Shown here piece by piece: positions 40,364 to 50,207 of a stretch of DNA of 64,000 nt. The first letter of the stretch is position 1. Each line of letters begins with the position of its first letter. The translations under genes and the position numbers were made by a program. The DNA lies in the NCBI GenBank assembly GCA_002011615.1, contig MTOH01000018.1:1749-65748 (forward strand), written 5' to 3'. The notes under the pieces are model-generated. The model saw nothing but the letters and a program-made list of their open reading frames with translations. It was not told the origin of the DNA and searched no databases. Source of the DNA: Candidatus Hydrothermus pacificus (GTDB lineage: Bacteria > Hydrothermota > Hydrothermia > Hydrothermales > Hydrothermaceae).

Positions 40364-40998
40364 AACTTTGATTTATCCCTTATATAAATTAAATAGTTTA
40401 AAATTTCCTTACTGGAAACTTCAATCCTTGCAAGAAGGTGATTTATTTTGTTTCTGAAATAATTGTACATAATTGCACAGGGAACCGCAATTATTATACC
40501 CAGTGCTGTTGTTAAAAGGGCAATAGCAACACCTTCAAGCATTGCCTCGGGTCCAACAGCCGCACCTTTTTTCGCAACCCCATAAAATGCCTGAATTATA
40601 CCAACAACTGTTCCAAGAAGTCCTAAAAGAGGTGCAATATAACTCGCTGTTCCAAGTATTGCAAGTTTTTTACCGAGTTCAAGTTCGGTTACCATTATTC
40701 CAGAATCAAGAACAGAATGCAGAACATCCTTTGGAAGTTCAGGGTTTTCAAGTAACATATAGACAACTCTTGCAATCGGTGTTTTCATAGTCTCAGAAAT
40801 AGCCCTTAACTCCTCTATCTTACCCCTTTCAATAAGGTTCTTTGCTCTTGATATAAATCTTGTTTCTTCTCTCTCTGAGAGCTTTCTGTAAGAAAGGATT
40901 CTATCAATTATAGCCCATAGAGCAACAAGAGAAAGAATCTCAAGGGCAAGCATAAATGGATTAAGAACCAGATTTATAATGTTCTGTCCAAGTATCAT
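40360..40998 (-). CDS. exbB: MotA/TolQ/ExbB proton channel family protein
   Basis: Three TM helices with conserved C-terminal GTVVGIIQAF...GIAIALLTTALGIIIA motif. Confidence 0.8.
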   Translation of the reverse strand: MILGQNIINLVLNPFMLALEILSLVALWAIIDRILSYRKLSEREETRFISRAKNLIERGKIEELRAISETMKTPIARVVYMLLENPELPKDVLHSVLDSGIMVTELELGKKLAILGTASYIAPLLGLLGTVVGIIQAFYGVAKKGAAVGPEAMLEGVAIALLTTALGIIIAVPCAIMYNYFRNKINHLLARIEVSSKEILNYLIYIRDKSKL

Positions 40999-41010
40999 AA
41001 AATCCTCCTT

Positions 41011-43788
41011 TTATTTTCTTAAAGCACTCGCCCTTGAAAGGGCGTCCTCTTTAATGTTCCTGTCATTTGTAATCTGGGCAACTGCTTCATATATTGAGGC
41101 TGCTTTAGCCAGATCACCGCTTACCTGATAAAGATAGGCAAGCTGATACAAACCCTTGATTCTATAAGGGTCATCCATACCCCCTGTTTGAATAAGTGCA
41201 GAATAACTCTGAATTGCTTTTGAGGAATTCCCTATTTTTTGATGTGCCTGCCCAAGAACAAAGTAATATCTTGTTGCAACATCAGGTGCAGGACTCTGTG
41301 CCTCAAGTTCTCTTATAGCCTCTCTCAATTTCCCGAGATTTAAAAGGCATTCCGCTTTCAGAACAATACCTTCCTTTGCAGCAGGATGCATCGAATAATT
41401 CTTTATAAGCCTGTCAAGAACCTCTTTTGCCTGAAGATAATTTTCCTGTTGAATCAAACCCATTGCTTCCAGTTTAAGCATCAGAGGAACATCTTCATGC
41501 TCCGGGAAGTAGGTAACAAATTTTTCAGCCTCCTCGGCCATAGCCTTGCTATTACCAATTGCAGAGTAAGATGCAACAACAACTCTCTGAGCCATAGGAG
41601 CAAGCTCTGATTTCGGGAAAAGAAGTATAACCTTTTTAGCCTTTTCTATTGCTGACTCATATTCTTTATCATTGTAAAATTTTGCAGCAAGATTGTAGAG
41701 ATTTTCTGCAAGAAGTTCACTCTCCGGGAACTCCTTTGCATATTCTTCAATCTTTTCAGACTCTCCCTTTGATGAAAAATAATAGGCCTGCTCAAGTAAT
41801 TTCCTGGCATTAACAGCAAGACTATCCTCAGGATAAAGGGATAGAAATTTCTTTAAAACATTTACTGTCATATCATAATCTTTCATATTGTAATAGGTTG
41901 ACGCAAGCTCTATAAACCCCTCCTTCGCCTTTTCAGATTCAGGATACTGCTCAAGTAGAACATTGTAATAGGTTATGGCTTTTTCTGATTCACCTGCTCT
42001 GAAATATGTATTTCCAAGCCAGTAGGCAGAAAGACTCGCATAACGGGGCTTATCAGGAAATTCATTCAAAAGTCCCTCCCACTCCTTAATCGCATTAGCA
42101 TAATAACCCGCTCTTGCAAAAGACTCTCCTGCATAAAACAGGGCAGCTGGTGCAAGTTCAGAGGATGGATAGGTCTGAACTATTGATTTAAATGTATATG
42201 CAGATTGAAGATAATTTTTCTTTTTTTCCTCGCTGTCCTGTATGCTTCCACTTTTATTATAAATTGCAACTCCTTTACCAAAAATTGCAGAAACAACAGC
42301 TGATGTGTCTTTTTGATATCCACTTATCACAACATCAAATTTCTGTATTGCGGCATCGTATCTTTTTGTTTCAATATAGCACCATCCAAGAGCATCAAAT
42401 ATTTCACCCATTATTTCAGGGTCTCCACTTTCCATAAGAGACTCATAAATATTTATAGCCTTCGCAACATCCTCTCTCTGATAATAGGATTCTGCAAGCA
42501 TGTGCCTTATTCTGTTTCTCCACATAGAATAATAATGGAACATATCCGCATCTGTGTTCTGGACAGATGGAGATTTTAAAAACTCCTCTCCCGCTGATAT
42601 TGCCTCATCATATTGCTTTGTATCTATCATGCATTTGAAAAGCATAACCATTGATGGATAAGCAATAAATGTTCCTTTCGCATATTTTAACAGAGATTCA
42701 AGCTGATATTGAGCTTCAAGAATTTTACCCTGTTTATAAAGGATACATGCGGTTAAATAATCACCTATGCCTCTGTATTCACCAGTATTATAGACACTGT
42801 TCAGCTGTCTGTAAGAAACTATAGCCTGAGATGAATCTCCAAGTTCAAGATATGTTCTTCCGAGTTCCATATGGGCAACAGGAGCAACTCCTGCTCCTGG
42901 AAAATCAAAAGCTGATTTTAAAAGATACTTCAATGCCTCCTGTTTTTCCCCAATTTCTCTCAAAGCCTTACCGCACATAAGATAAGCATGTGCAGAAAGA
43001 ATTCTATCACTGTGTTTTAAAAGGGGTTTGAAGTAAAGAAGTGATTTGGCATACTCTCCCATATGATAAAGACAGGCACCTATTTTGTAATTTGCATAAT
43101 CCAGCAAACTGGACCTTCCATAATCTTTTATAAACCTTATATAAAGTTCTTTTGCTCCACCGTAATCTTCATTCATATAAAGAGCCTCTGCTGCCTCATA
43201 GGACGCATACTCTGCAAGAGGTGTATTCGGATAAAGCATGACAACCTTTTTAAAATGCTGGAGAGCTTCTATGGGTCTTTTAAGTCTTGCAAGAGCCTGA
43301 GCCTTGTAAAAAATCCCCACTCCTGTCAAAGCATTTTCCAGCTTTTTATAAGCAGATTCATATATATTCTGGGTAAAATAGTATATACCCTGTGCCTCAA
43401 GAACCCTGATATCATTAGCGTAGCCTGGAAATTTTTTCATCTTCTGTATTAAATACTGCTCTGCCTCTTCAGGATGATTTCTTGCAAGATGGATAAGCCC
43501 GAGCGCATAATAAACTTCTGGAAGTAGATATGTATTTTGAGCTTTCTCTTCAAGGTCCCTGAATATCCTGTATGCTTTTTCATATTCACCTGTGTTAAAA
43601 TAACATTCACCGATTCTGTAATCAAATTCAAAAGACATTTCCTTGCCAAGATTGGTTTTTTTAAGCTCTCTGTAATAGTCTATTGCAGATTCGTATAACC
43701 CTTCGTGGAAAAGAATTTCTGCATATTCAACTTTTTTTATTTCTTTTTCTGAGAAAATCAGAGAAAATAAGATTAGAATTAACTTCAT
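41011..43788 (-). CDS. very large periplasmic TPR-repeat protein (925 aa)
   Basis: Signal peptide followed by >15 TPR units (ANYKIGACLYHMGEYAKSLLYF..., YYALGLIHLARNHPEEAEQYL, etc.). Position is analogous to the TPR protein (YbgF/CpoB) of Tol-Pal clusters, but far larger. Confidence 0.6.
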   Translation of the reverse strand: MKLILILFSLIFSEKEIKKVEYAEILFHEGLYESAIDYYRELKKTNLGKEMSFEFDYRIGECYFNTGEYEKAYRIFRDLEEKAQNTYLLPEVYYALGLIHLARNHPEEAEQYLIQKMKKFPGYANDIRVLEAQGIYYFTQNIYESAYKKLENALTGVGIFYKAQALARLKRPIEALQHFKKVVMLYPNTPLAEYASYEAAEALYMNEDYGGAKELYIRFIKDYGRSSLLDYANYKIGACLYHMGEYAKSLLYFKPLLKHSDRILSAHAYLMCGKALREIGEKQEALKYLLKSAFDFPGAGVAPVAHMELGRTYLELGDSSQAIVSYRQLNSVYNTGEYRGIGDYLTACILYKQGKILEAQYQLESLLKYAKGTFIAYPSMVMLFKCMIDTKQYDEAISAGEEFLKSPSVQNTDADMFHYYSMWRNRIRHMLAESYYQREDVAKAINIYESLMESGDPEIMGEIFDALGWCYIETKRYDAAIQKFDVVISGYQKDTSAVVSAIFGKGVAIYNKSGSIQDSEEKKKNYLQSAYTFKSIVQTYPSSELAPAALFYAGESFARAGYYANAIKEWEGLLNEFPDKPRYASLSAYWLGNTYFRAGESEKAITYYNVLLEQYPESEKAKEGFIELASTYYNMKDYDMTVNVLKKFLSLYPEDSLAVNARKLLEQAYYFSSKGESEKIEEYAKEFPESELLAENLYNLAAKFYNDKEYESAIEKAKKVILLFPKSELAPMAQRVVVASYSAIGNSKAMAEEAEKFVTYFPEHEDVPLMLKLEAMGLIQQENYLQAKEVLDRLIKNYSMHPAAKEGIVLKAECLLNLGKLREAIRELEAQSPAPDVATRYYFVLGQAHQKIGNSSKAIQSYSALIQTGGMDDPYRIKGLYQLAYLYQVSGDLAKAASIYEAVAQITNDRNIKEDALSRASALRK

Positions 43789-45077
43789 TTTTGTCCCTCG
43801 GTCTCACCTGGTGTTTTCTCGGGTGTCTTCTCTCTAAAAAATATTTCACCTGCAGGTCCTATTGTTCTTATCTCTGCAAGAAATCCGCTTTCTTTAAAAA
43901 CAGAACCTTTTCTTTCAACAACCATACACTCATAGTAATACTTTCCATCCTTCGCAAGATGACCGAAATCATCTCTTCCGTCCCATATTATCTCTCTCGG
44001 AGGTGTTCCAAAATCTTTGTATACCCTTATAACTTCTCCTTTATCATCCTTAACAAGAAACTGGTACTTTTCTATTTCCTTTTTTGTATTTACAAATATC
44101 CTTACAGGCAAAACATTGTTCTCCCTTGAAGTCGGGGAAAAGACAAAGGTTCTGGGTGTAACCTCGAGCCTGAAACCTGCAAAATGAAGAAATAAACTGA
44201 AGTAAAAAATCATAGGGAATCCTCCGCCTGATGCATAATGATATGTCCCTGCAAAATCAACTCCTATTGTTTTACCAACCATTGGATATTCCACTCCAAA
44301 GCCAAAGCAGAACCTCTTATTGTCTATACCACTTCTTATGCTCAGGAACTTAAAGGGTCTGTATTCCATACCACCACCAAATTCAAGAATGTTAAATTCC
44401 GGGATTGAGTTTATATCAAATAGAAGAAGAAATCTATCATAATACATCCTGTAAGCAAATCCGCCTTTTATTGAAAAAGGGTATCTTTCGTTCTCCTCAA
44501 TCAACTTAATTTTAGGTGATAAGATATTCTGAAAAGAAATTCCGAATGAAAAAGGGTTATTGCCAAGGAACAGAAAGCCCATATCAAGGCCCTGTCCGAG
44601 TCCACCCCATTCTGAAATTTTATGATACAGGAGTTTATAAGAAATCCCAACACCCACATTATAAAATATTTCTTTTGCATAATTTAAAGAAGTTAATAGA
44701 TTTAAATCAGAAAATGTTTCGCCTGACCTCTGTCCCCATATATCGGTTATCTCTATTTTACCTGCGTAAAGACCTGTAAAGTGAATTCCAAAATTACCAT
44801 ATTCTCTTGTTGGTCTCGCATAACCAAACCAGCCCATTCTTCCCCCAAGAGGGAGTATTGCATCGGAAAACACAAGCTGCTGGGGATTTATATAGGCAAG
44901 ACCTGCAGGATTATAATATACACTGCTTATATCCTCTGTAATTGCACTTCCTGTTTTACCAAGAGCCAGAAACCTTGCAGAACCCGAGAAATGAGTATAA
45001 CTACCCGCAAAACCCCAGTTACCCTCCTCTGCAACAAGTAAGGAAAACAAAATCGGAATCATAATTAATTTTTTCAT
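43785..45077 (-). CDS. outer-membrane beta-barrel protein, PorV/FadL-like (NPAGLA motif) with C-terminal FlgD-Ig-like domain
   Basis: Signal peptide. Early SSVYYNPAGLAY motif, as recalled for PorV/LptO-family and FadL-like barrels. About 300 aa of alternating beta-strands. C-terminal soluble extension with PREIIWDGRDDFGHLAKDGKYYYECMVV (Ig-like motif). Confidence 0.4.
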   Translation of the reverse strand: MKKLIMIPILFSLLVAEEGNWGFAGSYTHFSGSARFLALGKTGSAITEDISSVYYNPAGLAYINPQQLVFSDAILPLGGRMGWFGYARPTREYGNFGIHFTGLYAGKIEITDIWGQRSGETFSDLNLLTSLNYAKEIFYNVGVGISYKLLYHKISEWGGLGQGLDMGFLFLGNNPFSFGISFQNILSPKIKLIEENERYPFSIKGGFAYRMYYDRFLLLFDINSIPEFNILEFGGGMEYRPFKFLSIRSGIDNKRFCFGFGVEYPMVGKTIGVDFAGTYHYASGGGFPMIFYFSLFLHFAGFRLEVTPRTFVFSPTSRENNVLPVRIFVNTKKEIEKYQFLVKDDKGEVIRVYKDFGTPPREIIWDGRDDFGHLAKDGKYYYECMVVERKGSVFKESGFLAEIRTIGPAGEIFFREKTPEKTPGETEGQK

Positions 45078-45085
45078 TTTGCCTC

Positions 45086-46789
45086 CTATCTTATAACACT
45101 TATAAGTCTCTTTGTTTCAAGAACCTTTTCGGCTCCACTGGTTGCCTTTAAAATAACCACATAAGTGCCTGATGCTACTTTCTTACCCTTGTCATTTTTT
45201 CCACTCCAGGTTATCTGATTTATTCCGGTATTCCCATTTGTCTCAAACTTTTTGATGAGATTACCAAAAAGGTCGTATATATAAAGTTTTACACGAGCAG
45301 GTCTTGGAAGGTAAAAATTGAAATGGGTAATTTCAGAACCGACCTTTCCAAAAGGATTGGGATAGTTTATCAATGTATCAGGAAGGGAGGATAGATACGC
45401 GACATATATATAATCAGTGTAATGCTCTCCGGTGCCAAGGGAATCGGTTATCATTATTCTGATCTCTTCACTGGCATTTGTTGTATAGGTAATATTTCCA
45501 TCAAATGTGCCTGATGTTAGATAGACCACCTGAGGAGTTAAACTTCCCGGAGCAGGTTGAAGATTTTCTGCAAGAACAGGAGTAAGATATAAATTATGAG
45601 AATGAGGAACTAATGTGCTTTCAGGGTCAACGAATCTCACTGTAAGATGAATAGGGTTTCCTGAAAGAACAGTATCAGGCGATACCTGTGAAATATACAT
45701 GCTTCCAGTAATTGAGAGGATAACCTGGTTGCTCTGCCTGCCTATATCCTGGTCAAGAGCATAAACAACATAAGCACCGCTTCTGTAAATTGTAACCTGA
45801 AAAGAATCAACACCCTGTGACAGGTTTAAAACAGATGGGACAGTATCTATCAATGTATCAGCAGGATTAAAAACAAGTATTGCATTGTCATTTACACCCG
45901 ATAACCAGTTATGATAATCATCACATACATAAACCCTCAAATTGAAGGGGATAGCAGAAGGCAGATAGGGAATTTCTCCTTTTTTGCCATTAATTAAATC
46001 CCCTGGAAAATGTCTTTCTCCAGGACCTAAAAGCAGGAGTTTTGTATAATTTCCCGCGTTAATCTGAAAGGAAGGCGTAAGGGTATCGCCCCTGAAATTC
46101 AAAGTGTCATAAGGTAAAACATAAAGCATTCTTGAATCGGTCCCACCAAACTGTGGTGGGTTTGTCGCTATCTTGAACCAGACATTTACAGCTGCAGAAT
46201 CTGAAATAGAGGTAGAGTCGGGTATATATTCTGCAAGAGAATCATTTGAACTCAAATAAATATCAGCATTACCAAAAACCGGGTTATAGTATCTATCAGT
46301 AAGAAACAACCTGAATCCAACTGTGTCACCTGCAATCCTTGCAGGAGGAGAAAATGGTGCTTTTCCACCAATTGTGGTATCCCCGGGAACAAGAAGCTGG
46401 TTCTCATATAAGACCTGAATTCTTGAAGGGGTTGCAGGAGAAATTGAAAGAACAGATGAAGCACCCCTTGCGCCGTTCTGGGCAATCGCATAAACAGCGA
46501 CATTGCCTGCCCTGTATATTCTTACCCCGGGAACTGTAACACTTCCTTTGTATACAGATGCACCTGTTGGGTCCATAAGATGATAGGCAGTTTGATTATC
46601 TATATTGAAATAAACAGGTCCTGTATAGGATGTATCAATCTGACCCGTTGACTTATCGAGAACATATACAGTAATAGTAAATGTGTCAAGAACAGAACCC
46701 GTTGTGGGATTAACTATTACCTGAATTGTATCAGGAGATTGGGAATAAAGGGAGATTACAAGAGTTAAAAACATTACTATTTTTTTCAT
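45086..46789 (-). CDS. secreted Ig-like (Big) domain protein with T9SS C-terminal sorting domain
   Basis: Signal peptide. Repeated beta-sandwich segments. C-terminus TLINYPNPFGKVGSEITHFNFYLPRPARVKLYIYDLFGNLIKKF...GTYVVILKA contains the canonical NYPNPF, KLxIYDxxG and GxYxxxL CTD motifs. Confidence 0.7.
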   Translation of the reverse strand: MKKIVMFLTLVISLYSQSPDTIQVIVNPTTGSVLDTFTITVYVLDKSTGQIDTSYTGPVYFNIDNQTAYHLMDPTGASVYKGSVTVPGVRIYRAGNVAVYAIAQNGARGASSVLSISPATPSRIQVLYENQLLVPGDTTIGGKAPFSPPARIAGDTVGFRLFLTDRYYNPVFGNADIYLSSNDSLAEYIPDSTSISDSAAVNVWFKIATNPPQFGGTDSRMLYVLPYDTLNFRGDTLTPSFQINAGNYTKLLLLGPGERHFPGDLINGKKGEIPYLPSAIPFNLRVYVCDDYHNWLSGVNDNAILVFNPADTLIDTVPSVLNLSQGVDSFQVTIYRSGAYVVYALDQDIGRQSNQVILSITGSMYISQVSPDTVLSGNPIHLTVRFVDPESTLVPHSHNLYLTPVLAENLQPAPGSLTPQVVYLTSGTFDGNITYTTNASEEIRIMITDSLGTGEHYTDYIYVAYLSSLPDTLINYPNPFGKVGSEITHFNFYLPRPARVKLYIYDLFGNLIKKFETNGNTGINQITWSGKNDKGKKVASGTYVVILKATSGAEKVLETKRLISVIR

Positions 46790-46813
46790 ATTTTGCTCCT
46801 TTTCAACAAAATT

Positions 46814-47821
46814 TTAAACTGTTAAAAATTTAACCTGTTTAAAAAGTCTATTATAAAAGTTTTTAAATCCATCAGTCAACTCAGATTTTGTGATTGATGA
46901 TGCGCCAAGTTTTGTAACTTCAATACCTGCACCTATGGTTGCAATAATACAGGAATGAATAATATCGGATTTTGAGCACAGGGCAAGAGATAAAAGGGAA
47001 ATAACAGTGTCCCCTGCGCCTGTTACATCATAGACTTCAACCTTTATGGAAGGAATTTTAAAAACCCTGTTCTTTGAATCTATGCCGAGCATACCTTTTT
47101 CACCCATTGTCATAACTATGTTTTTGCATTTAATTTTACTTTTAATATTTTTTAAAACAGTTATTTTCCCGGCATCATCTTTTACCCTTTTGCCAAGGGA
47201 TTTTTCTACTTCTTTCAAATTAGGTTTAAATAAATAGACGTTTTTATAAAGGAAAAAGTTCTCAAATTTAGGGTCAACAAAAACAGGTTTATTCTTGCTA
47301 ATCTCCAATATTTCTTTTATTGTTTTTTTGAAAAGAAGCCCTTTTTCATAATCCTGAATTAAAAAAGCATCAGACTCTTGCTGCACCTTTTCTAAACTCT
47401 CTAAGAACTTTTTAAAGACATCTCCTTTTATCTCCATGTTGTTTTCATAATCTATTCTCAAAATCTGCTGGTTCTGGGCAATTATTCTGCTCTTAACAAT
47501 TGTCTTCCATTCGCCACTTACAATTATATAATCTGTATTTATCTTTTTCTCCTTGAGTTTCTGAATCACCCTCTCCCCGGGAGAGTCCTTTCCTATTACC
47601 CCTATTAAAAGTGGCTCTGCCCCAAGAGACTTAATATTAAGAGCTACATTTGCAGCTCCCCCCAGATTGTAAAGATTCTTTTCAGCTCTTACAACAGGAA
47701 CAGGAGCTTCAGGAGATATCCTTTCGACTTCACCAAATATATACTCATCAAGAATTATATCACCTATTACTGTTATTTTTAAATTTTTTATCTTTTTTAG
47801 AAAATCATCGGCTCTTATCAT
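46814..47821 (-). CDS. D-glycero-beta-D-manno-heptose-7-phosphate kinase (RfaE/HldE domain I only; PfkB family)
   Basis: ITVIGDIILDEYIFGEVERISPEAPVPVV...NLGGAANVALNIKSLGA matches the HldE kinase domain. C-terminal PfkB motif DVTGAGDTVIS. 335 aa, no adenylyltransferase domain II. Confidence 0.75.
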   Translation of the reverse strand: MIRADDFLKKIKNLKITVIGDIILDEYIFGEVERISPEAPVPVVRAEKNLYNLGGAANVALNIKSLGAEPLLIGVIGKDSPGERVIQKLKEKKINTDYIIVSGEWKTIVKSRIIAQNQQILRIDYENNMEIKGDVFKKFLESLEKVQQESDAFLIQDYEKGLLFKKTIKEILEISKNKPVFVDPKFENFFLYKNVYLFKPNLKEVEKSLGKRVKDDAGKITVLKNIKSKIKCKNIVMTMGEKGMLGIDSKNRVFKIPSIKVEVYDVTGAGDTVISLLSLALCSKSDIIHSCIIATIGAGIEVTKLGASSITKSELTDGFKNFYNRLFKQVKFLTV

Positions 47822-48293
47822 AATGTTTTTTTAATTTACTATAGGTTCTTTTTAGTTCTTCTGATATCACCTTGGTTTCAGCTATTACAGGCATAAAATT
47901 AGTATCTCCTGACCATCTCGGGACAATATGGAAGTGTATATGTTCTTCAAAACCTGCACCCGCAGTTTTTCCCATATTCACACCTATATTAAACCCATCA
48001 GGGTTATAAGCTTTTTTTAAAATTTTAATCGATTTTCTTATAAAACTCATCATCTCTGATATTTCTTTTATGTTAAGTTCATCAAGCCCTGCAATATGTC
48101 TGTAAGGAGCAACCATAAGATGACCGGGATTATAGGGGAATATATTCATTATAACAAATGAATATTTCCCTCTTTTTAAGATAAAATTCTGTCTATCTTT
48201 TTTTGAAGATGGTTTTGTGCAGAATATACACTCATAACCCTTTTTAAAACCCTCTATATATTTTACCCTCCATGGAGACCAGAGCTTCTTCAT
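47805..48293 (-). CDS. HIT family protein (histidine triad HxHxHxx; GalT/Ap4A-phosphorylase-like branch)
   Basis: CIFC motif near the N-terminus and EEHIHFHIVPRW histidine triad. 17-nt overlap with the heptose kinase gene. Confidence 0.7.
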   Translation of the reverse strand: MKKLWSPWRVKYIEGFKKGYECIFCTKPSSKKDRQNFILKRGKYSFVIMNIFPYNPGHLMVAPYRHIAGLDELNIKEISEMMSFIRKSIKILKKAYNPDGFNIGVNMGKTAGAGFEEHIHFHIVPRWSGDTNFMPVIAETKVISEELKRTYSKLKKHYDKSR

Positions 48294-48694
48294 TCTCCCG
48301 CCTTTGCAGTGGCAAAAGCAAGTTGGTCAACTTTCTTCATTTCCTTTCTTGAAACCTTTTTAATTTCCCATTTAAAATTCCTTAGAAGACTTTTAGCTTT
48401 TTTAAAGAGCGGGATTATTTTTTCTGCCTTTACTCTGTATTTTCCGAGAATCTGATTCACAACAAGCTCTGAATCGGTTCTCAGTTCAATTTCCTTTAAT
48501 TTCATTTCTATGGCTTTTTCAAGAGCAAAAACCAGCGCGTTGTATTCTGCTACATTGTTTGTTGCTTCTCCTATAAAGATGCCTTCCTCCTGCATAACCT
48601 CACCTGAAGCCTTTTGAATTATATAAGCAGAAGCAGAAGGTCCCGGATTTCCTATGGAAGACCCATCAAAATAAATCAAAATTTTCTCGCTCAT
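48290..48694 (-). CDS. rnhA: ribonuclease HI
   Basis: YFDGSSIGNPGPSASAYII...GEATNNVAEYNALVFALEKA...LRTDSELVVNQI fits the RNase H type-1 catalytic DEDD arrangement. Confidence 0.8.
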   Translation of the reverse strand: MSEKILIYFDGSSIGNPGPSASAYIIQKASGEVMQEEGIFIGEATNNVAEYNALVFALEKAIEMKLKEIELRTDSELVVNQILGKYRVKAEKIIPLFKKAKSLLRNFKWEIKKVSRKEMKKVDQLAFATAKAGE

Positions 48695-49416
48695 AAGTCC
48701 TCCTCAGGAATATAAAGAATCCTGCCACAATGTTCACATGTATCAATACCCTTAGTTTTTCTTAAATGGTCAATTTTCTGGGTTGGGACGAAAGCATGAC
48801 ACCCTCCACATGCGCCATTCCTCACAGGAACAACAACCGGGTCATTCCTTATACTTCTCACTCTTTCATAAATTTCAAGGTATTGACTTTTTATTCTTTT
48901 TGAGATTCTGAGCCTCTCATCCTTTCTTATGGGTAGCTCTTCCTTTAAACTATCAGATTCCTTTTTAAGGTTCTCTATCATTTCTCTGAGTTCCTTTATC
49001 CTGCCTTCGCTCTGATTTTTAAGGTTTTCAAATACCTCTTTTTTCTCCTCTATCTCTTCCATTAAATCTAAAGCTTCTTCTTCTAACTTTCCCTTTTTCT
49101 TTTTTGCCTCTCCTATCTCTTTTTCAATTGCTCTGTACTCCTCATTAGTTCTCACTTTCAATTTATCCTGCTCAAATTTATTTATTGCGGACTCCATGTC
49201 CTCAATTTCAAAAAAGTAATCCTTCAATCTCTTATCCATCCCTGAAAGTACCTCTTCCTCTTCTTTTATCATGTTTTTCATCTGGTCTATTTCTTTATTG
49301 AAATTTTCTATTTCAATCGGTATACTGTTTATTCTGTTTTCCATGTGCAATATAAAAATATCTTTGTCCTGAAGTTCCAGAAGCTTATTCAGTTCCTCTC
49401 TTATATCCTCTTCCAT
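48691..49416 (-). CDS. coiled-coil protein with C-terminal C4 zinc ribbon (COG1579-like)
   Basis: Long heptad-repeat region followed by CGGCHAF...(x17)...CEHCGRILY (CxxC...CxxC). Confidence 0.55.
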   Translation of the reverse strand: MEEDIREELNKLLELQDKDIFILHMENRINSIPIEIENFNKEIDQMKNMIKEEEEVLSGMDKRLKDYFFEIEDMESAINKFEQDKLKVRTNEEYRAIEKEIGEAKKKKGKLEEEALDLMEEIEEKKEVFENLKNQSEGRIKELREMIENLKKESDSLKEELPIRKDERLRISKRIKSQYLEIYERVRSIRNDPVVVPVRNGACGGCHAFVPTQKIDHLRKTKGIDTCEHCGRILYIPEEDL

Positions 49417-50129
49417 CCTTTTATAACATCCTCAATTGAATTTTCAATGAATTTTAGAACTTCATTATAATACTTTTTTGACAGTTTTGAAAAATCAGAG
49501 CCAATTTTACCACCTTTATAAAGCATGATGCCTGATGGATGAGGAAAACTTTTAAGTCCCTTTAATCTTTTAAAATCAAAAATCTTATCTATACCTTTTA
49601 GACTAAATTTTAATTTAGAATACACAAGGGCAAGCTCATCAGCACCTCCGTGCCCTATTTTATCACCAAAGTATTTTTCAGAAATTTCTGAAACATGAAT
49701 CCACCAGTGAATCACACAGGTTTTAATACCATACTGGTAAAAAGAATTAAAACAAACCTCTTCCAGTTCTTCTCTTTGGCCACCATGTCCGTTAAATATG
49801 AACAGCTCTTCTATTTTATTGAGATGGAGTGAATAGATAACCTCTTTAACAACTTTTTTAAAAGTTTCAGGAGTTAATGTAACAGTTCCTGAGTGTCCTG
49901 TAAGGCTTCTTGAAATACCAAAAGGAAGAGATGGTAAAAGAATTGTTTTAAATCTATCTGCAAGATCTCTGGCAATAAAATATGGGGCAAATATATCAAT
50001 TCCAAGAGGACCTATACCATGAGTTTCCAGAGCACCTGTAACCCAGAATGCTCTTTTTAGATTCAGACCTTTGAATTCCCTTTCATTTAGACATTCCCAT
50101 TTTTCCATCTTAATTTTAAACCCTTTCAT
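49401..50129 (-). CDS. creatininase-family amidohydrolase
   Basis: TGALETHG...LPSLPFGIS...IFNGHGGQ... are the conserved creatininase-family metal-binding blocks. Confidence 0.6.
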   Translation of the reverse strand: MKGFKIKMEKWECLNEREFKGLNLKRAFWVTGALETHGIGPLGIDIFAPYFIARDLADRFKTILLPSLPFGISRSLTGHSGTVTLTPETFKKVVKEVIYSLHLNKIEELFIFNGHGGQREELEEVCFNSFYQYGIKTCVIHWWIHVSEISEKYFGDKIGHGGADELALVYSKLKFSLKGIDKIFDFKRLKGLKSFPHPSGIMLYKGGKIGSDFSKLSKKYYNEVLKFIENSIEDVIKGWKRI

Positions 50130-50207
50130 TATACCTTTTATTACAACAGATTGTCAAATAAAGGCTGTATGACCTTAAAATTAAAATTTCAAAAACAAGG
50201 AGTAAAA

